A stretch of DNA of 64,000 nt from Felis catus (lineage: Eukaryota): positions 32,302,001-32,366,000 of the forward strand of contig NC_058384.1 in assembly GCF_018350175.1 (NCBI RefSeq), written 5' to 3'. Positions within the stretch are counted from its first letter, which is position 1. Every line of letters begins with the position of its first letter. Below, in pieces: positions 26,015 through 38,900 of this stretch. Made by a program: the position numbers and the translations under genes. The notes below the pieces were generated by a model. It was not told where the DNA came from. It searched no databases and saw only the letters and a program-made list of their open reading frames with translations.

Positions 26015-27534
26015 GATGAGAAGTCAGGCAGAAGAATATTTGGTGGATACCATGTCCCTATGAAATTTCTGTCACTGCAAAACCCTAGATGCAGGATCTA
26101 GGTCCCTACCTCTTGGGAAAGGATTAGGTCCCTTTTTTACAGAGTCCCTGCCTACTGCTGACAAAAGCAAATGGACCTTCCAGAAGCAACACCACCTTGC
26201 ACACAAACATTAATAAAGCTCTCAGCCCCTCAAGGCCAGATATATTCCCAATGTACATCCATCCCCTCCGAACACAGGGCACTGCCAGCTGTAGCAGGAC
26301 TACAGGGCACCGCAAGGATACTTGAGACACAATTGCTTTATGGAGCTTGGTCTTGCAGACTTGGAGTTATAACTCACTGATATTTCTGAGTTAGAGAGCA
26401 GTCATCATCTGCTTGTTCAAGAAATTAACTTATACTTCAACGTCAAGGATTTAAGACAGGAGAAAGCTCTTTCCATCAACAGATGCTTTTGAAGGCCAAA
26501 GAGTTATGTAAGAAGCAACCTGAGTTTGCAAAGCATGCGACAGCAGAGCCCCCTAGAGCAGGTCCGGGGACCAAATCCCCAGAACACATCCTTCTCAGAT
26601 CCCTGGATCCAGCTAAGCTCCTTAAATATATGAGGCCTAAACATTCACATTCCTCAAGCTGCTTGAAGTAAATTTCAATAGCACAAGTTTGGGGACTTTT
26701 GGTTTTAAAGGCAAAGATATAGATGATTTCCCGTAATTAATTGAATATTACTTCTCCAACCCCTGCAGCAGAGAGAACACCCGATAAAAATGGTGTGTGA
26801 TGCCTTGAGAGGGCCGCTTAGCATTCCCATCTGCTGGCTGACATCTTCCAATTTCCTGGCAGTAGGGCAGTGTGCCTAGCAGAAAGGGCAGGGTCTGATT
26901 TTACAGCCTGGTGTTACCAGCCGCATAGAGACCAGGCTAGAGATTTTTACATATGCTACTAAAATAAGCTTTGTAGCTTAAAGCAAACAGACCCATGCCA
27001 AAATCCAAGGAACTGGAGATAGGGAGATAGTGACCTTAAGCCAACATCTCCAGGCTAACTGTGAGGTATTTCCAGGCACATCAGCGATGTGGGGAAAGGG
27101 CTCCCTGAGAACTAGCGAAGCTGTATCCTCTCAGCCCCTTCTCTGGCGGGGGTGTGGGGGGGGGAGATTTGCAATCTCCTCTATAACCCCCATCCTCAGA
27201 TGCCTGGCTGCCCCTCCCTGCCCTTCCAGGACTCACAGAGGCAAGATCTGTTGGAAGGACACCCATTACCACTTCCCGTATCTCACTACAGCAGGGCCCA
27301 GCCCATCAAGGTGCACAGGGACCAAGTGTGTTACCCTTGGGGAAGGGCCACCTTCCCATTCAACCTGGAAATCTAAATACTGAGCTTGAACTCTCCGTCC
27401 CCTCGCTCTCTCCTGTCTCATGTTCCTCAGTGAGTAGGGGTGGGTCTCAGAACAGCAAACTCCATTGGCTGAAGAAGAGGCCAGAGACGACCAGGGTCTC
27501 AAAGTCCTGATTCATTCATCAGCTGATACATGTG

Positions 27535-27730
27535 CAGGTCAGCAATCCTGTATCTGAAACCATTGGGAGCAGAGGAGTTTCAGAATTCAGATTTTTTTAA
27601 TTTTAGAAAGCGAATGTAACACCCCCAACAGAGTTATGAGGAAACATCCTACAAACTCATTAGTACTTTTTTGTACCCAAACATGAATATTCATACTACT
27701 GTTCTATCAAGTCAATCAAATGAGTTATGA
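27535..27730. mobile_element. Tigger-family DNA transposon end fragment
   Basis: caggtc...aatcctgtatctgaaaccattggg...tttcagaattcagatttttt...ttttagaaag resembles a recalled Tigger terminus. Confidence 0.55.
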
Positions 27731-28399
27731 AGTAAAATCCAGAGGTCTCAAGGATGGGAGATTTGGCACCATCTGCTTTAGTTTCCTCCAGGAGATACTG
27801 AAATTCACTCAAAGACCCGCAGTGGGGAACATGCAAACAAGGGAACTGCCAAGTCCCCAGTAGACATCCCCTGCCTCAGGAGGCCCATGGGACGGACCAG
27901 CTGGGATGGGACCAGGCTGACTTAAAGACTCTCTGACACAGTAAATGCCTTCTAAGCTGAGCCTCCCTGGCCTCAGAAACCAGAGAAATGCTTCCACAGA
28001 GCCCTCCATATTTGGAGATTGGGTCTCCAGGACTCAGGCACCTGGCTCCAAAGGTACAACATAGATCCAGTCGAAGGCCATAGCAGGACCCGCACGGCAG
28101 AAGCAGACGGGTTTTTTTCTGAGCCCTGACCCCGGGGTGCCTGATGTTAGTTCCACAGGGTGCAGGGCAAAGCATGCCTTCAAGAAGCAGTAAGAACATC
28201 TTATAGCTGTGATCTTTCCTCCGCCACTTTATGTGCCGGCACAGCCAGATCACACCTCCCACCCTGCTCTCTTCTCACTCTGTGCCTGCTGCCTGGGGAC
28301 CTGTATCCACCCCCCGTGGCCTCATGTACCTGTGAGCCCTTGACTCCCACAGTTCATGTAGTCCAAACCTCCCCAGCTGTAACCCACATCCAGACAAAC

Positions 28400-29540
28400 A
28401 CTTGATTACTGAAGTATAGTTGACATACGATGTTGTATTAGTAGTTTCAGAGGCACAACATAGTCATTCCACAATTCCATACACTGTGCGACGCTCACCA
28501 CAATAAGTATAGCTACATTATGGCACCACGTACCATTATTATATTATTAATTATATTCCTTATGCTGTACCTTTCATGTCTGGAACTTACTTATTTTATA
28601 ACTGAAAGTTTGTACTTCTTAATCCTCTTCACCTATTTCACCCCCCACCCCATGTCCCTCTCCCCTATGGCAGCCACCAGCTCTGTGTATTCACAAGTCT
28701 GTTTCTGTTTTTATTTTTTTTTAATTATCAATATTATTTATTTGTAAATTCAAAAAATTCATTTTTCCCCCTTTGTTAGAGTACAATGTTTGTAAATGAA
28801 TTATCACAGGCCATAGCATCATAATCATAGTGATCGTGGAAGTGACTGATGGTTTTAAAATCCATGACCTGGTAATTCCATAAATTTGTGTTAGCTTTTG
28901 TATTTTGACTAAATGAAACTGAATGTTAATATTCACAAGTATCATTCATTTTGACTCTTGAATACTCAGGGCTTTCTTCTTTGCCTTATCCATCTATATT
29001 TATTTGATGAAGAATTACTTTAGCAAAAATTTAGCTTTTATGTATATCAGTTGATCATTTCTACCGCTATTCCATGAGCTACAGTTTTCCTTGGAAAATC
29101 TCAACCTCAATATCCAACCAAAGAATGTTATTTCTTGCATGCTTATTGTAAAAACCAAACTATTTTTTTTATTCTACATGTAAGTAAAATCATATGGTAT
29201 TTGCCTTTGTCTGACTTACGTCACTTCGCATAATACCCTTCACGTCCATCCATGTCACAAATAGCAAGACTTCATTCTTTCTATGGCTGAGTAATATCCC
29301 ATCACACATACATACCACATCTTCTCTATCCACTCATCTATTTACGAACACCTAGGTTGTTCGTAATCACCAAACACCTTGGTGATTGTAAATAATGCCA
29401 CAATGAACATAGGGGTGCACGTATCTTTTTAAATTAATATTTTCATTTTCTTTGGGTAAATTTTCAGTAGTGGAATTTCTGGATCATATGGCATTTCTAT
29501 TTTAATTTTTGAGGAACTGCCATACTGTTTTCCACAGTCC
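28400..29540 (-). mobile_element. L1 3' end (L1MA9/L1_Carn-like) split by a non-L1 insert
   Basis: tgaagtatagttgacatac...ataactgaaagtttgtac at 28400-28711; resumes collinearly at 29171 (attctacatgtaagt...aatttttgaggaactgccatactgttttccacag). Confidence 0.88.
28723..29160 (-). pseudogene. Retroposed insert of unknown origin (retrocopy or endogenous viral fragment)
   Basis: Non-L1, AT-rich, ~440 bp; interrupts a collinear L1. Minus-strand AATAAA at 28742-28737 lies 14 nt before an A run; TATTTTTTTT direct repeat at 28712-28721 and 29161-29170. Confidence 0.6.
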
Positions 29541-29594
29541 AACTCACATTTTTACCTGCCCCTTGGGCACCTCCAGGTTGCCTCATGTACTGTC

Positions 29595-29945
29595 TCCTGC
29601 TGTGCCATAACCTACGAATATCTGTGCACTTCCCCACATCTCCCTCTCTTGCACTTGGGCCGGTCACGTGACTGGTTCCGGCCAATGGAATGTGAGCAGA
29701 AATGCTGTGCGTCACCACTGGCGGGGATATTTAATACTTGTGTGTCATCCCCATGTGCTCTTCTCCTCCATGATGCCAGGCCAAGAAAGTAAAGAATCAA
29801 CATAGAAACATTCTAGGTTCTGGAGTCACTGCCTAGAAAAAGCCACTGGACCCACAATGAACTGTGAGAAGAATAAACTTCTATGGGAAAAGATTACTGA
29901 GAGTTCAGAACTATCTGACAGAGCAGCTAGTGTTAATTATTCCCA
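29595..29945 (+). mobile_element. MaLR LTR (MLT1I/J-like)
   Basis: gtcacgtgactggttccggccaatggaatgtgagcagaa...tgtgagaagaataaacttc...tactgagag. Confidence 0.7.
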
Positions 29946-31239
29946 CACACCTGCCTTCTCCACCTGGCAAGTTCCTACTTGCGGCTCAAAACTCCAATTC
30001 AATTGCCACCTCCTCTGTGAAATCCAGTTTTTGCGGGAAGGTAAGCCACTCCATCCTATGACCTACGGTAAGTCGCTCATGCATCTGGCACAACTACCTC
30101 AGTCTGTGGACACATTTCTGTTTGCATGTTCAGCTCCTACATTTATGTGTGCTTCTTTTTTGTAATGTATTCTCAGTGCCTTGGAAGTGGCAAATACCTG
30201 AGGCCTCATTTCCGGAAGCAAAGATCGGAGCCTTCTTGTCCATGTGACCAGCAAGTCCCAAGTCAGCATTTTCCCGAGTCACAGCGTCCTTGGCGTCATG
30301 CTAGGTACTGTGGTTGGAAGCCAGGAAAGTAGGACACTGTCGCCCACCTCAAGGAGCGTGTTTTTTTTCTCGAGACCCTCTGCACCCCATCGGCTCCCAT
30401 CTTTATTAAAGGACGGCTCCCACTTAAAAAGTACATTGTCTTTTCAGGAACCATCAGCTAAGATAGTTCTCAAAAAGTAAGATCAAAGAGGGGTTTTGTA
30501 ATGACGAGAGGAAAGCAGAGCAGGGCTCTCTCATGGCCCCTTTGAGCCTGGCTCCCCCAAGCTGCCATGGTTTAGACTTGTGACCTGGCATTCTGGGCTC
30601 ACGCAGCTGTGCCGGGGTTATTTCTGGTATGAAAAAAGCTGCAGTGAAAGCATCACTGGCTCCTCAGGGACCCGTATGTAGAGACGACAGCCTGGTCATG
30701 CAGTCAATCACGTCGTTACCGCCTGGCAAAACTTCCCAGACCAAAGGCACAAAACCATGCCATTGGTCAGGGAAACAGAACAGGGGACCTTGGCTTTTCA
30801 CACCCGGTAAACTGGCTGGAGTAATGTGCACTGTAGGCAGGCCTCATTCTCCCAAGTCTCCCAAGGCCGTGACAGAGCTCTTAGTTCTGGCCTAAGAGCA
30901 GTAGGGACCATAAATAAATGATGATCGATTATTAATGCAGTGTTTCCACAGTAACCCCCACAGACCAGCATTTTACCTGCTGGAGGACACCGACACACAC
31001 TGCTTCCTGCACATTACATACAAGACTGGCCATGAGTGTTGGCATCCCGCTGTTCAGACAAGAACACCTACAACAAAGAGCTGTGGCAAATCTGGGTGCC
31101 AAGCCCACAGCTACATGAGAGCACAGTGGGGCTTCCAGGACCTTGCTGGCCAGGATGCTCAGAGCGGTAAATGAAAGGTTAGACTTCTGCAGTATACTGA
31201 AGGCTGGGATGATTAGGAAGGAAGACTAGGAAACTTTTT

Positions 31240-31473
31240 TTTAAATTGTTTTTTATTTGTTTTTGATAGAGTGAGAGGGAGAGAAAGAGAGAGACAGAAC
31301 GTGAGCAGGGGAGGGGCAGAGAGAGACAGAAACACAGAATCCGAAGCAGGTTCCAGGCTCTGAACTGTCGGCACAGAGCGTGACGCAGAGCTAGGACTCG
31401 TGGACCGTGGACCCTGAGATCACCACCTGAGGCGAAGTCAGACACTTAACCGACTGAACCACCCAGGTGCCCC
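31240..31473 (-). mobile_element. CanSINE
   Basis: Reverse-strand SINE; TSD aggaaacttttt at 31228-31239 and 31474-31485. Confidence 0.94.
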
Positions 31474-31781
31474 AGGAAACTTTTTAAAAACCAGAGTATT
31501 AATTTAGTAGAAGGCAACAGCAGAGTTTGGGAGAGCTGGGATAATACCTTTTAATGTTAAGTGCCGCATGTAATAGACGAGAGGTACATCGACGTAGGGG
31601 CCCCTGAACGTTATGGCTAAACACGGGGAATTGTTTCTGGTTGGTATTTTATGGGTCACATACCACAAACAGAACAATGAACGCCTCCCGCTACACCACA
31701 CAGATGTACCACAAGGTATGTGGCAACAGCATACGTGGAAAACAAGAAATTGACCGAAAACAGCGTTGTCAGGCAACTTAC

Positions 31782-31926
31782 CTTGTATGAAGATCCTGTT
31801 CCAGTAGATTTTCCCAACTTGACTGCCCCCAAGAAACACCAGGTTGGACAGGATCAGCATGGAGGTGGAACAAGACGCAAAGGCGGCGTGGAATCGACGG
31901 CGGGCTTGTGGGGAGAGGAAGTGAAT
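31782..31926 (-). CDS. HHAT: HHAT penultimate coding exon (145 bp)
   Basis: Translation IHFLSPQARRRFHAAFASCSTSMLILSNLVFLGGSQVGKIYWNRIFIQ(G) matches HHAT. Acceptor ccttttccccacag|ATT, donor CAAG|gtaagt. Its phase-0 start fits the phase-0 end of the 54960 exon. Confidence 0.97.
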
Positions 31927-33481
31927 CTGTGGGGAAAAGGCAGGTGGTGTCTCACTGGAGGGGCACAAAAATAGTGCTGAGGTACCACCGGGCATCTCTA
32001 GCACCAGCCCAGGACACCCAGCCCAGAGCCTGAGCTGGGGCAGGACTTACGCAGCCATAAAAACTTCCATTCCTGTGTCATGCTCACTCCGGTCTAAGAA
32101 GTGATGCACCCCCAATTTGTTGCTTCCTACTGCCAAACGGGCTTCCCCTGACACGTTTCACACAAGCACTGAAGCTAGTCAAGATTTGTCCAGAATGAAT
32201 GTGTCCACACATCCTCTGCATGTGAACTACAGGTATAAGAACTGTTTAAACTGGGCTCCCTTATAACCAACACAACTCCATGTAACGAGGTCAAGATCAG
32301 GGTGATGTTCTGGGCCAGGTAACTTGACTCTGGGAAGCCATCCTGTCAATCTGACCCACTGTGAGGAAGAATCCCATTAAGAGGGAGCAGGAGAATCAGC
32401 ACAAGCCGACCTCATTCCCGGAATCAGAGCTCAGGGTACACGCCCCACTGAGAGTGAGCCTGCGGCAGCTTCCAAGAGCGGCCGCTTGTCACAGCACCTG
32501 AAATACGCAGGAAACAGAGAGGTGGTTTCCAACAATGATGATGATAAAGAATTCTGCTCGTCCATCTGAGGGCTTCATTGCACTTTTTCCTTCCCTTTTA
32601 ATAACCTCTTGGGGACTGCATCAAGTAAACAGAGCCTTTCTTTCTTGGTACTGACTGTTCTGGTGGTCCTCCTGAGTAAGATGGCAGAGTGCTGTGCCTG
32701 GAGTGTGTGAGCGCCATCGACACATCCACAGGGACTGTTCTTAGGGACTGCATATGCAGAATGAGAACCAGGTGCAGTGCAACAGCAAGGCCAAAGGGCC
32801 CCAGGGTTTCTGACAAATACCTCCATCAAATCCAAAGACACAGAAAAAGGAGAGAGCAGAGGGTTTGGAGATCGTTCCTGAATATCTTCCTGAAACCTAC
32901 ATATTTCTGGGATCACTTGCATCCTGATTTCAGCTGTGCTCCAATTACAAATAGAAATCTGAATTAACCAAATTCCTAGTATGAGAAAAGGATTAAGCTG
33001 GAGGGTGTCTCTGGAAGGAGGCTTGCTTAGTTCTGGCAAGTCTGTTACGGATTATCTGGGGCCACTGTGTAAGCCTTGGTCAGTGTCTTTTGGAAACCTA
33101 GAGAAATCAATTTCTGACCCCCTCTTCTTTTCCTCTCCTGCCAGTTCCAGCTTCTGTTCTATATGCTCAGATACAGCTGCAATCACATGTCACCCCATCC
33201 ATGGTGTTTTCCGGCATCACCTTGGAGCATGGTTTTACTGCCACCATTATGTCAAAGTAAAGTGTGATCTTCTCACAGATAAGTTGTGTAGTTGGCACTG
33301 AGTCATCTGCTTGGACATCATTGTTCTGGAAAGCTCTCAGATGATGCTGACATGTCCCCAGTTAGAGGCTACCAGACAAGGTGACCTCTAGTCTCTCCCT
33401 TGTTCTAAAAGGCCACAAGCATGTATAGAGGACACTGTCAAGTCAGACCAGACAAGAGTTAATTACACAGTATAAAAACAA

Positions 33482-33690
33482 GGGGCGCCTGGGTGGCTCA
33501 GTCAGCTAAGCGTCCGACTTCAACTCAGGTCATGATCTCGCAGTTCATGGGTTTGAGCCCCGTGTTGGGCTCTGTGCTAACAGCTCAGAGCCTGGAGCCT
33601 GCTTCGGATTCTATGTCTCCCTCTCTCTCTCTGCCCCTCCCCTACGAGTAGCGCTCTGTCTCTCTCTCTCTCAAAAATAAAACATTAAAA
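33482..33690 (+). mobile_element. CanSINE
   Basis: ggggcgcctgggtggctcagtcag head, (CT)n, AATAAA tail. Confidence 0.94.
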
Positions 33691-35188
33691 ATTTTTTTTT
33701 AAACGGTGATGAAAAAGACATGGGCATGAAATGGGCTTGTAATTCAGCACTCTTCACCTCTGAGAATAGGGAGACATTAATCTACCAGTTTCTGCATTTG
33801 AGAGCAGAAGATATTTTCTGTGTATCACTGGCTCAATCAGCAGTAACTAGGGAGGCAGGAAGAGAGGAAGGAGGGAGATAAGGGGGAAATTCAGAATGAT
33901 AAATTAAGACAATATAGATTACCCTAACTGGCACAAATGTATCCAAATAATTCTCTCCAGGTACAGGACCACTGATAACGTGTTTCATTTCTAAGGGACC
34001 CGGTGAGTCAGATGTTCTGGCACTTCTGTTCCAAGCCCACCTGTGTCCTCCAACCTTACATCCTGTTAGGGGAATTCAAAGGCTCCATGTAATCTTTTCC
34101 ATATTAATGTCAATGACACAGAATGCACGTAGATTGGTTAAGCTCAGAGTGGTTCTCCTTTTACAGGAAATGATTACAATTATTAAATAACCAACTGAGA
34201 GATACTGAGAGAGGAAACTGCTCTTTGCATTGGGCTTAGTTCTAAGCAGGACTGAGGAGCCAGGTGACCCAGTAGGGGGCAAGGGCCAGGCTGGTAGGAG
34301 GCAGAGGTGTGGGGCAAGGGGCAGAGCAAGGGAGGAGGTGAGGCGGAGAGTGAGTCCTGGAGGCACAGGGCTCCTCATTTCAGCACCCGAAGCTCTGGTT
34401 CTAACAGATCTTCCTTTGCTTCTGTGATTATTCAGCTATATGAGTCAATAAATTCCTATTTCTGCTTAGGGAAAAAAAAGTCAAAATAATAGCAAATATG
34501 AAAGAGCCTCTGATCTCAGAGGCAATGGAGGACATCTAAAATCTGACAAAATGGGCTACAATTCAATTTTTATAAAGAGTTAATTTTGCAAAAACTAAGC
34601 AAGAACATTAAAGGCACAGGCTTTTAGAATCAACACACCAGAAAGATACAAAGGAGAAATCAAGATGCTTATAGGCAGTTGTTGATTACCAAAGTAGGAG
34701 ACAATAAAGTAAATCCAAAAACCTGATTGAACTAATAGCCCCATCCTCTGAACTAACAAAATTAGCCTGCCTGCCCACAAGCAGCAAACTTGACTCAGCA
34801 TCACTTCTCTGCCCTGTGGATCAGTGGGAGAGCAGAATGAGAGGCACCAGGAACAAAAGAGAGGGCCTGTGCGGATAGCCCACGGTTAATAGCAAAGGGG
34901 ATGTGAATCTCAGCTAGAACCCATCTCTCCTCTTCGGAGTCCCTGAAAACACTGCGGGAGGTGACGGTTTAGACACTGGGGATCTCCCTCTACCTTGGGA
35001 GCCATCTGGTTTTTCAGCCCCTGATTTACACTCCAGACCCAAGTTCCATGCTTAGAGGTCCTAAGGAGGGAAGAAGTCACATGGGCAAGGCTGGAAGGGT
35101 ATATCTGGCCAGCTCCACCAATAAATACGACTTTCTACATCTCTAGGGCCATGGAGTCAACATTCCTACTTTAAACTCTTGATTTCTT

Positions 35189-35421
35189 GGGGCGCCTGGG
35201 TGGCGCAGTCGGTTAGGCGTCCGACTTCAGCCAGGTCACGATCTCGCGGTCCGTGAGTTCAAGCCCCGCGTCGGGCTCTGGGCTGATGGCTCAGAGCCTG
35301 GAGCCTGTCTCCAATTCTGTGTCTCCCTCTCTCTCTGCCCCTCCCCCGTTCATGCTCTGTCTCTCTCTGTCCCAAAAATAAATAAACGTTGAAAAAAAAA
35401 TTTTTTTTAAATAAAAAAAAA
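35189..35421 (+). mobile_element. Young felid CanSINE (SINEC_Fc type)
   Basis: Near-consensus; TSD AAACTCTTGATTTCTT at 35173-35188 and 35422-35437. Confidence 0.97.
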
Positions 35422-35799
35422 AAACTCTTGATTTCTTTTACACAGTCTCCTTAGATATCCTGTAGCCATTGTTGCCATCACTCCTGTGGTCCTTCACGTC
35501 TAGGATACAGGCTATCTGTTCGTGTGCACAGGCCACGCCTCGTATGTTAGTCATGATTCAGGTGCTGAAAAGCCTCCCTGGTAGGAGAGGTCATGTGATG
35601 GACTGTGCTCCAAATGGGGAAATAAGCCAGTGTATAGCGAGGAGCCATCAGGTATGAAAATAGGAATTGCCAACTTGGTCAGATAAGGCAATGACTGGTA
35701 AACAGAATCTGATTTTAACACAAACGCAACAGGATACACCAGAGCTCTGGTCTGGTCATGGACTCTTCCCATAGGAAAGATGAGGCTACGGCAATTCAA

Positions 35800-35985
35800 T
35801 ATCCTGGCAGCAAAAAACTGGGAATGGTTTTCCAATCCCCAGGGGATGGTTAGAACTTGCGGAGCAGCTTTTGGTTGTCCCAAGGTAACAAAATTAAGGC
35901 ATGAGATGGCAGAGCCCAGGGATAGTAAACATATTACAATGTGTGAGACAGAACTGTCCTGCCCAGAATGTCAACAGTGTCTCTT
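35800..35985. mobile_element. MER20-like hAT fragment
   Basis: ccccagggga...ttttggttgtc...ccagggatagtaaacat...ctgcccagaatgtcaacagtg. Confidence 0.55.
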
Positions 35986-38900
35986 GAGCATGGGTGAAAT
36001 GTTTTCTTCTATGTTCCTTATAAGCCCACTTCCCTCTTGGTCTGTGGGGGCACAGAACCTCCCTTCCTGCCTCATTAGGAGCGATGCCAAAAACGTTCCC
36101 CCTTTCCCCTGGGGCCCAGAGAAAGGCATCCCAGGGCAGGGACAGTGCTCTTCACAGTGCCCCAATGTGAGGCTCCCCTAACCCACCCACCACCCCCTGG
36201 CACCCAACTTGAGAGGAGCCTCCTGTGCCAACCACAGATAGGCATGGTGTGCCACCAGTCCCGAGGCTTCTCTCCCTCACACCCCACAGACCCAGAGGAA
36301 AGAAGAAGAATAGAAAGTATCACTTCCTACCCTAGGGTGACCAGTTCTCCCTCAGGGACTCTGGCTTCAATAACAGGTTGAGATGGTTTCTCTCCATGTT
36401 AGCATTGATATAACCCACTCTTTAGCAGATCCTGGACTTTGGGCCTGGATACAGCAAGCCCCACAGAACACCTAGAAGCACACACCCAAGGTAGACCTCT
36501 AATTCCTCTGCGTGAGTTCAGGGTCTCTGATAGAAGAAACAAGACATGGGGTGTGGGAACACTTTGTAAGGACAGCGTACTTTAAAACTTCCCTCAAAGC
36601 ACTGCTTTATACTTCCCTCTAAGACACTGACTTCCAAAGACAAGGAACTAACCCAAACAAAGTAAACCTTGGGGCAGAACTAAACTGTCAAACTAGTTTG
36701 CCTTTCCTCCTGTGAGGTGTCAGCTCCTGTGTTTATTCCTATCTCTATGGAAACTCCTCTCTCTTTTCCAGTCAGCATCCTGTCCCTGGAAATCACAGGA
36801 CCTGGGCTGGGGCGAACAAGTTGGGTCCTGGGGTGGTGTGGAAACTGGGTCAGAAGTTACTCTCAGAATGTGCACTAGGATGGGAGGCAGATGGCGCGGT
36901 GGGGCTGCAGACTGCTGTGCGCAGTGGGTCCCACGCTCGTCCACAGAGGGGCTGCATGTGGGGCCGAGCTGGGAAGAGGGGACAGGCTGAGCATCTGGGG
37001 GAGCAGATGGGCCGGAGGAATGGCTGCTGGAGACTGACAAAGGCTTGGCAAGTGGGACCTGATACTGTTTATTTTTAAATGGGAAGAAGCTAAAAAAAGA
37101 AATTGGGTGGGTTTGAGCAGCTGGACACAGTTCTTCCATATAATCACTGAAGTCTTTCATTTTCTAATAAAAATGCTACCCAGAGGGTAAGAGAGGATGC
37201 ACAAGGAAATGGCATGGGGGATATTGCTGGAGACCAGGGAGAGTAAATGAGGGTAAACACCCCACAGGCTGTAAAGATGAGACCAAAGGTAACAAAGAAA
37301 CAATCAGAGCTCTTGTGAAAGAGAAGGGTGGCCAGGGCAAAACACTCAGGAAGACCCGAACTCCTGTCCCATCCTGCGCCAACCCGCCAGGACACCTCTC
37401 CCCGCGCTTCATTGGACAAGGCACTTTGGTCCCTTCCATTCAGAAGTCCATGTTTCATGAGTAACCCCTCTCTCACGCTCCTCCCTGTATGGTGAGTGCT
37501 ATTCTTCCATCTGCATCACATAAGACCCATGAATACTCTGTGTGTGCTCAGTAATTAGTTATTTAACACCTGCCTCTCTCTTTGCCCTAAATAAGTTACA
37601 GAATCTCCTGACTTCCTTAATGTTCCATTCCATCCTATATCCATGCCAAAGGAATATATGAAGGCACTCAAAAGCAGCACCTCCTTCCTTCTTGTAAGTG
37701 TACGAAGCTTCAAAATATATCTGGTCAATGAAATGAAAATTTCCAGTATCTACTACTGAGATCTAAGCAATGTATGCTCCTGAGAGAGAATCAAATACTG
37801 TGGTGATAAAGACAAAGCCAACTTTGCTTAAATGGACAAGTCACCTGCTCCACAGTTTACATATCCTGCTTGGTTAAAAATAGCACAGCCTATAGTCTGG
37901 CATCCGAATCCATGCAGCATATGAAGCAATTTCAGGGGGCTTTCAAATAGCCAAGCAAACAATAAGCTCTTGGTATAATCAGAGAACTTAAGCCATATTT
38001 GAGGGGCTGGGATCCTGCCAAAAGTTCTGGAATGGCCAACAGTACTGTCTCACCCCGTGTTCTTGCTCTTCTACCAACATGGCCGTGCTTTTAGTCCTCA
38101 TGTCTCTGCTCTGGATTGTACAGAAGCCTCTTTGTTAGCTGGCATGCTATACTCTGGCCTTTCCCCCTCTGGTTCGTCAGGTACACTGAATATGTCCCTC
38201 CATTGCGCAAAATATCTTGGTGGCTCTTTTACTACTTGAGACTAAAATCCAAAGAAGGTCCTTTACAATCAGACCTCATTTTACTTTCCAACCTTGATTC
38301 CTGCTAATGACACAGCTCTACTCACTGTTCTTCCAACATGGCACGTACTTTTACAGCTCTGTGCCTTTGCACAAGCTGTTTTCTCTACTGAAAATGTGTC
38401 CTCCTAATTCTTTCTTCAAGCTCCAGCTCAGTGTCAGCTCAGGAGACCAACAGCTTTGGACCAGTCCAAATGGTGCTCAGGTTCTGGGCCCACTTTTTAA
38501 CTGCACTGCTCCGGGCAAGCTCAGACTCCGAGTTCACAGTTGGTATTTGATAAACATAGGCTACTCTAACCCTGTCAGAGTCAGTCACCCCTTTTCTGTG
38601 TTTCTGTAACCCAGGGGATAGATAGTATCAATCTATATGCTTTAGCTATACAATTTCTGATGCAAAAACAAATTCACTATGTGATGACATTAAGCTATAT
38701 TGCTAAGTAGGAGAAACTATTCCCTTTTTGCAAAGGAGAAACTAGAAGGGCATAGACTTTAAGTAACAGGTCCTAGGTCATACACTGGTAAGTAGAGTAG
38801 TAAGGATAGTACAGGGATTCACACATTCCCCTAACTCAAATGTCTTCATGCTGCCTGCTATACTGTACAAATTTATGTCTGTGTAGCACTGTGTGTCCCT

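Larger units (their letters stand above)
1..31781 (-). other. HHAT: HHAT last intron (partial); terminal exon not found in window
   Basis: Starts at the gtaagt donor (31781). No sequence encoding the expected GWPWVTLS... terminal exon was seen, so it presumably lies left of the window. Confidence 0.7.

Noticed and set aside
26826-26840. CCAGCAGATGGGA partial CTCF-like motif (similar at ~36885 and ~56846)
   Set aside because: Mismatch at highly constrained core positions.
28721-28945. 74-aa ORF in the orphan insert, and a CE...S......TK spacing in another frame resembling the hAT dimerisation motif
   Set aside because: The ORF has no recognisable homology. The hAT resemblance lacks the upstream W/YP residues, and the insert has a poly(A) signal rather than terminal inverted repeats.
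32575-37476. Several 100-150 aa ORFs in GC-richer intron sequence
   Set aside because: Overlapping on both strands, no recognisable domains or splice-consistent structure; expected by chance.
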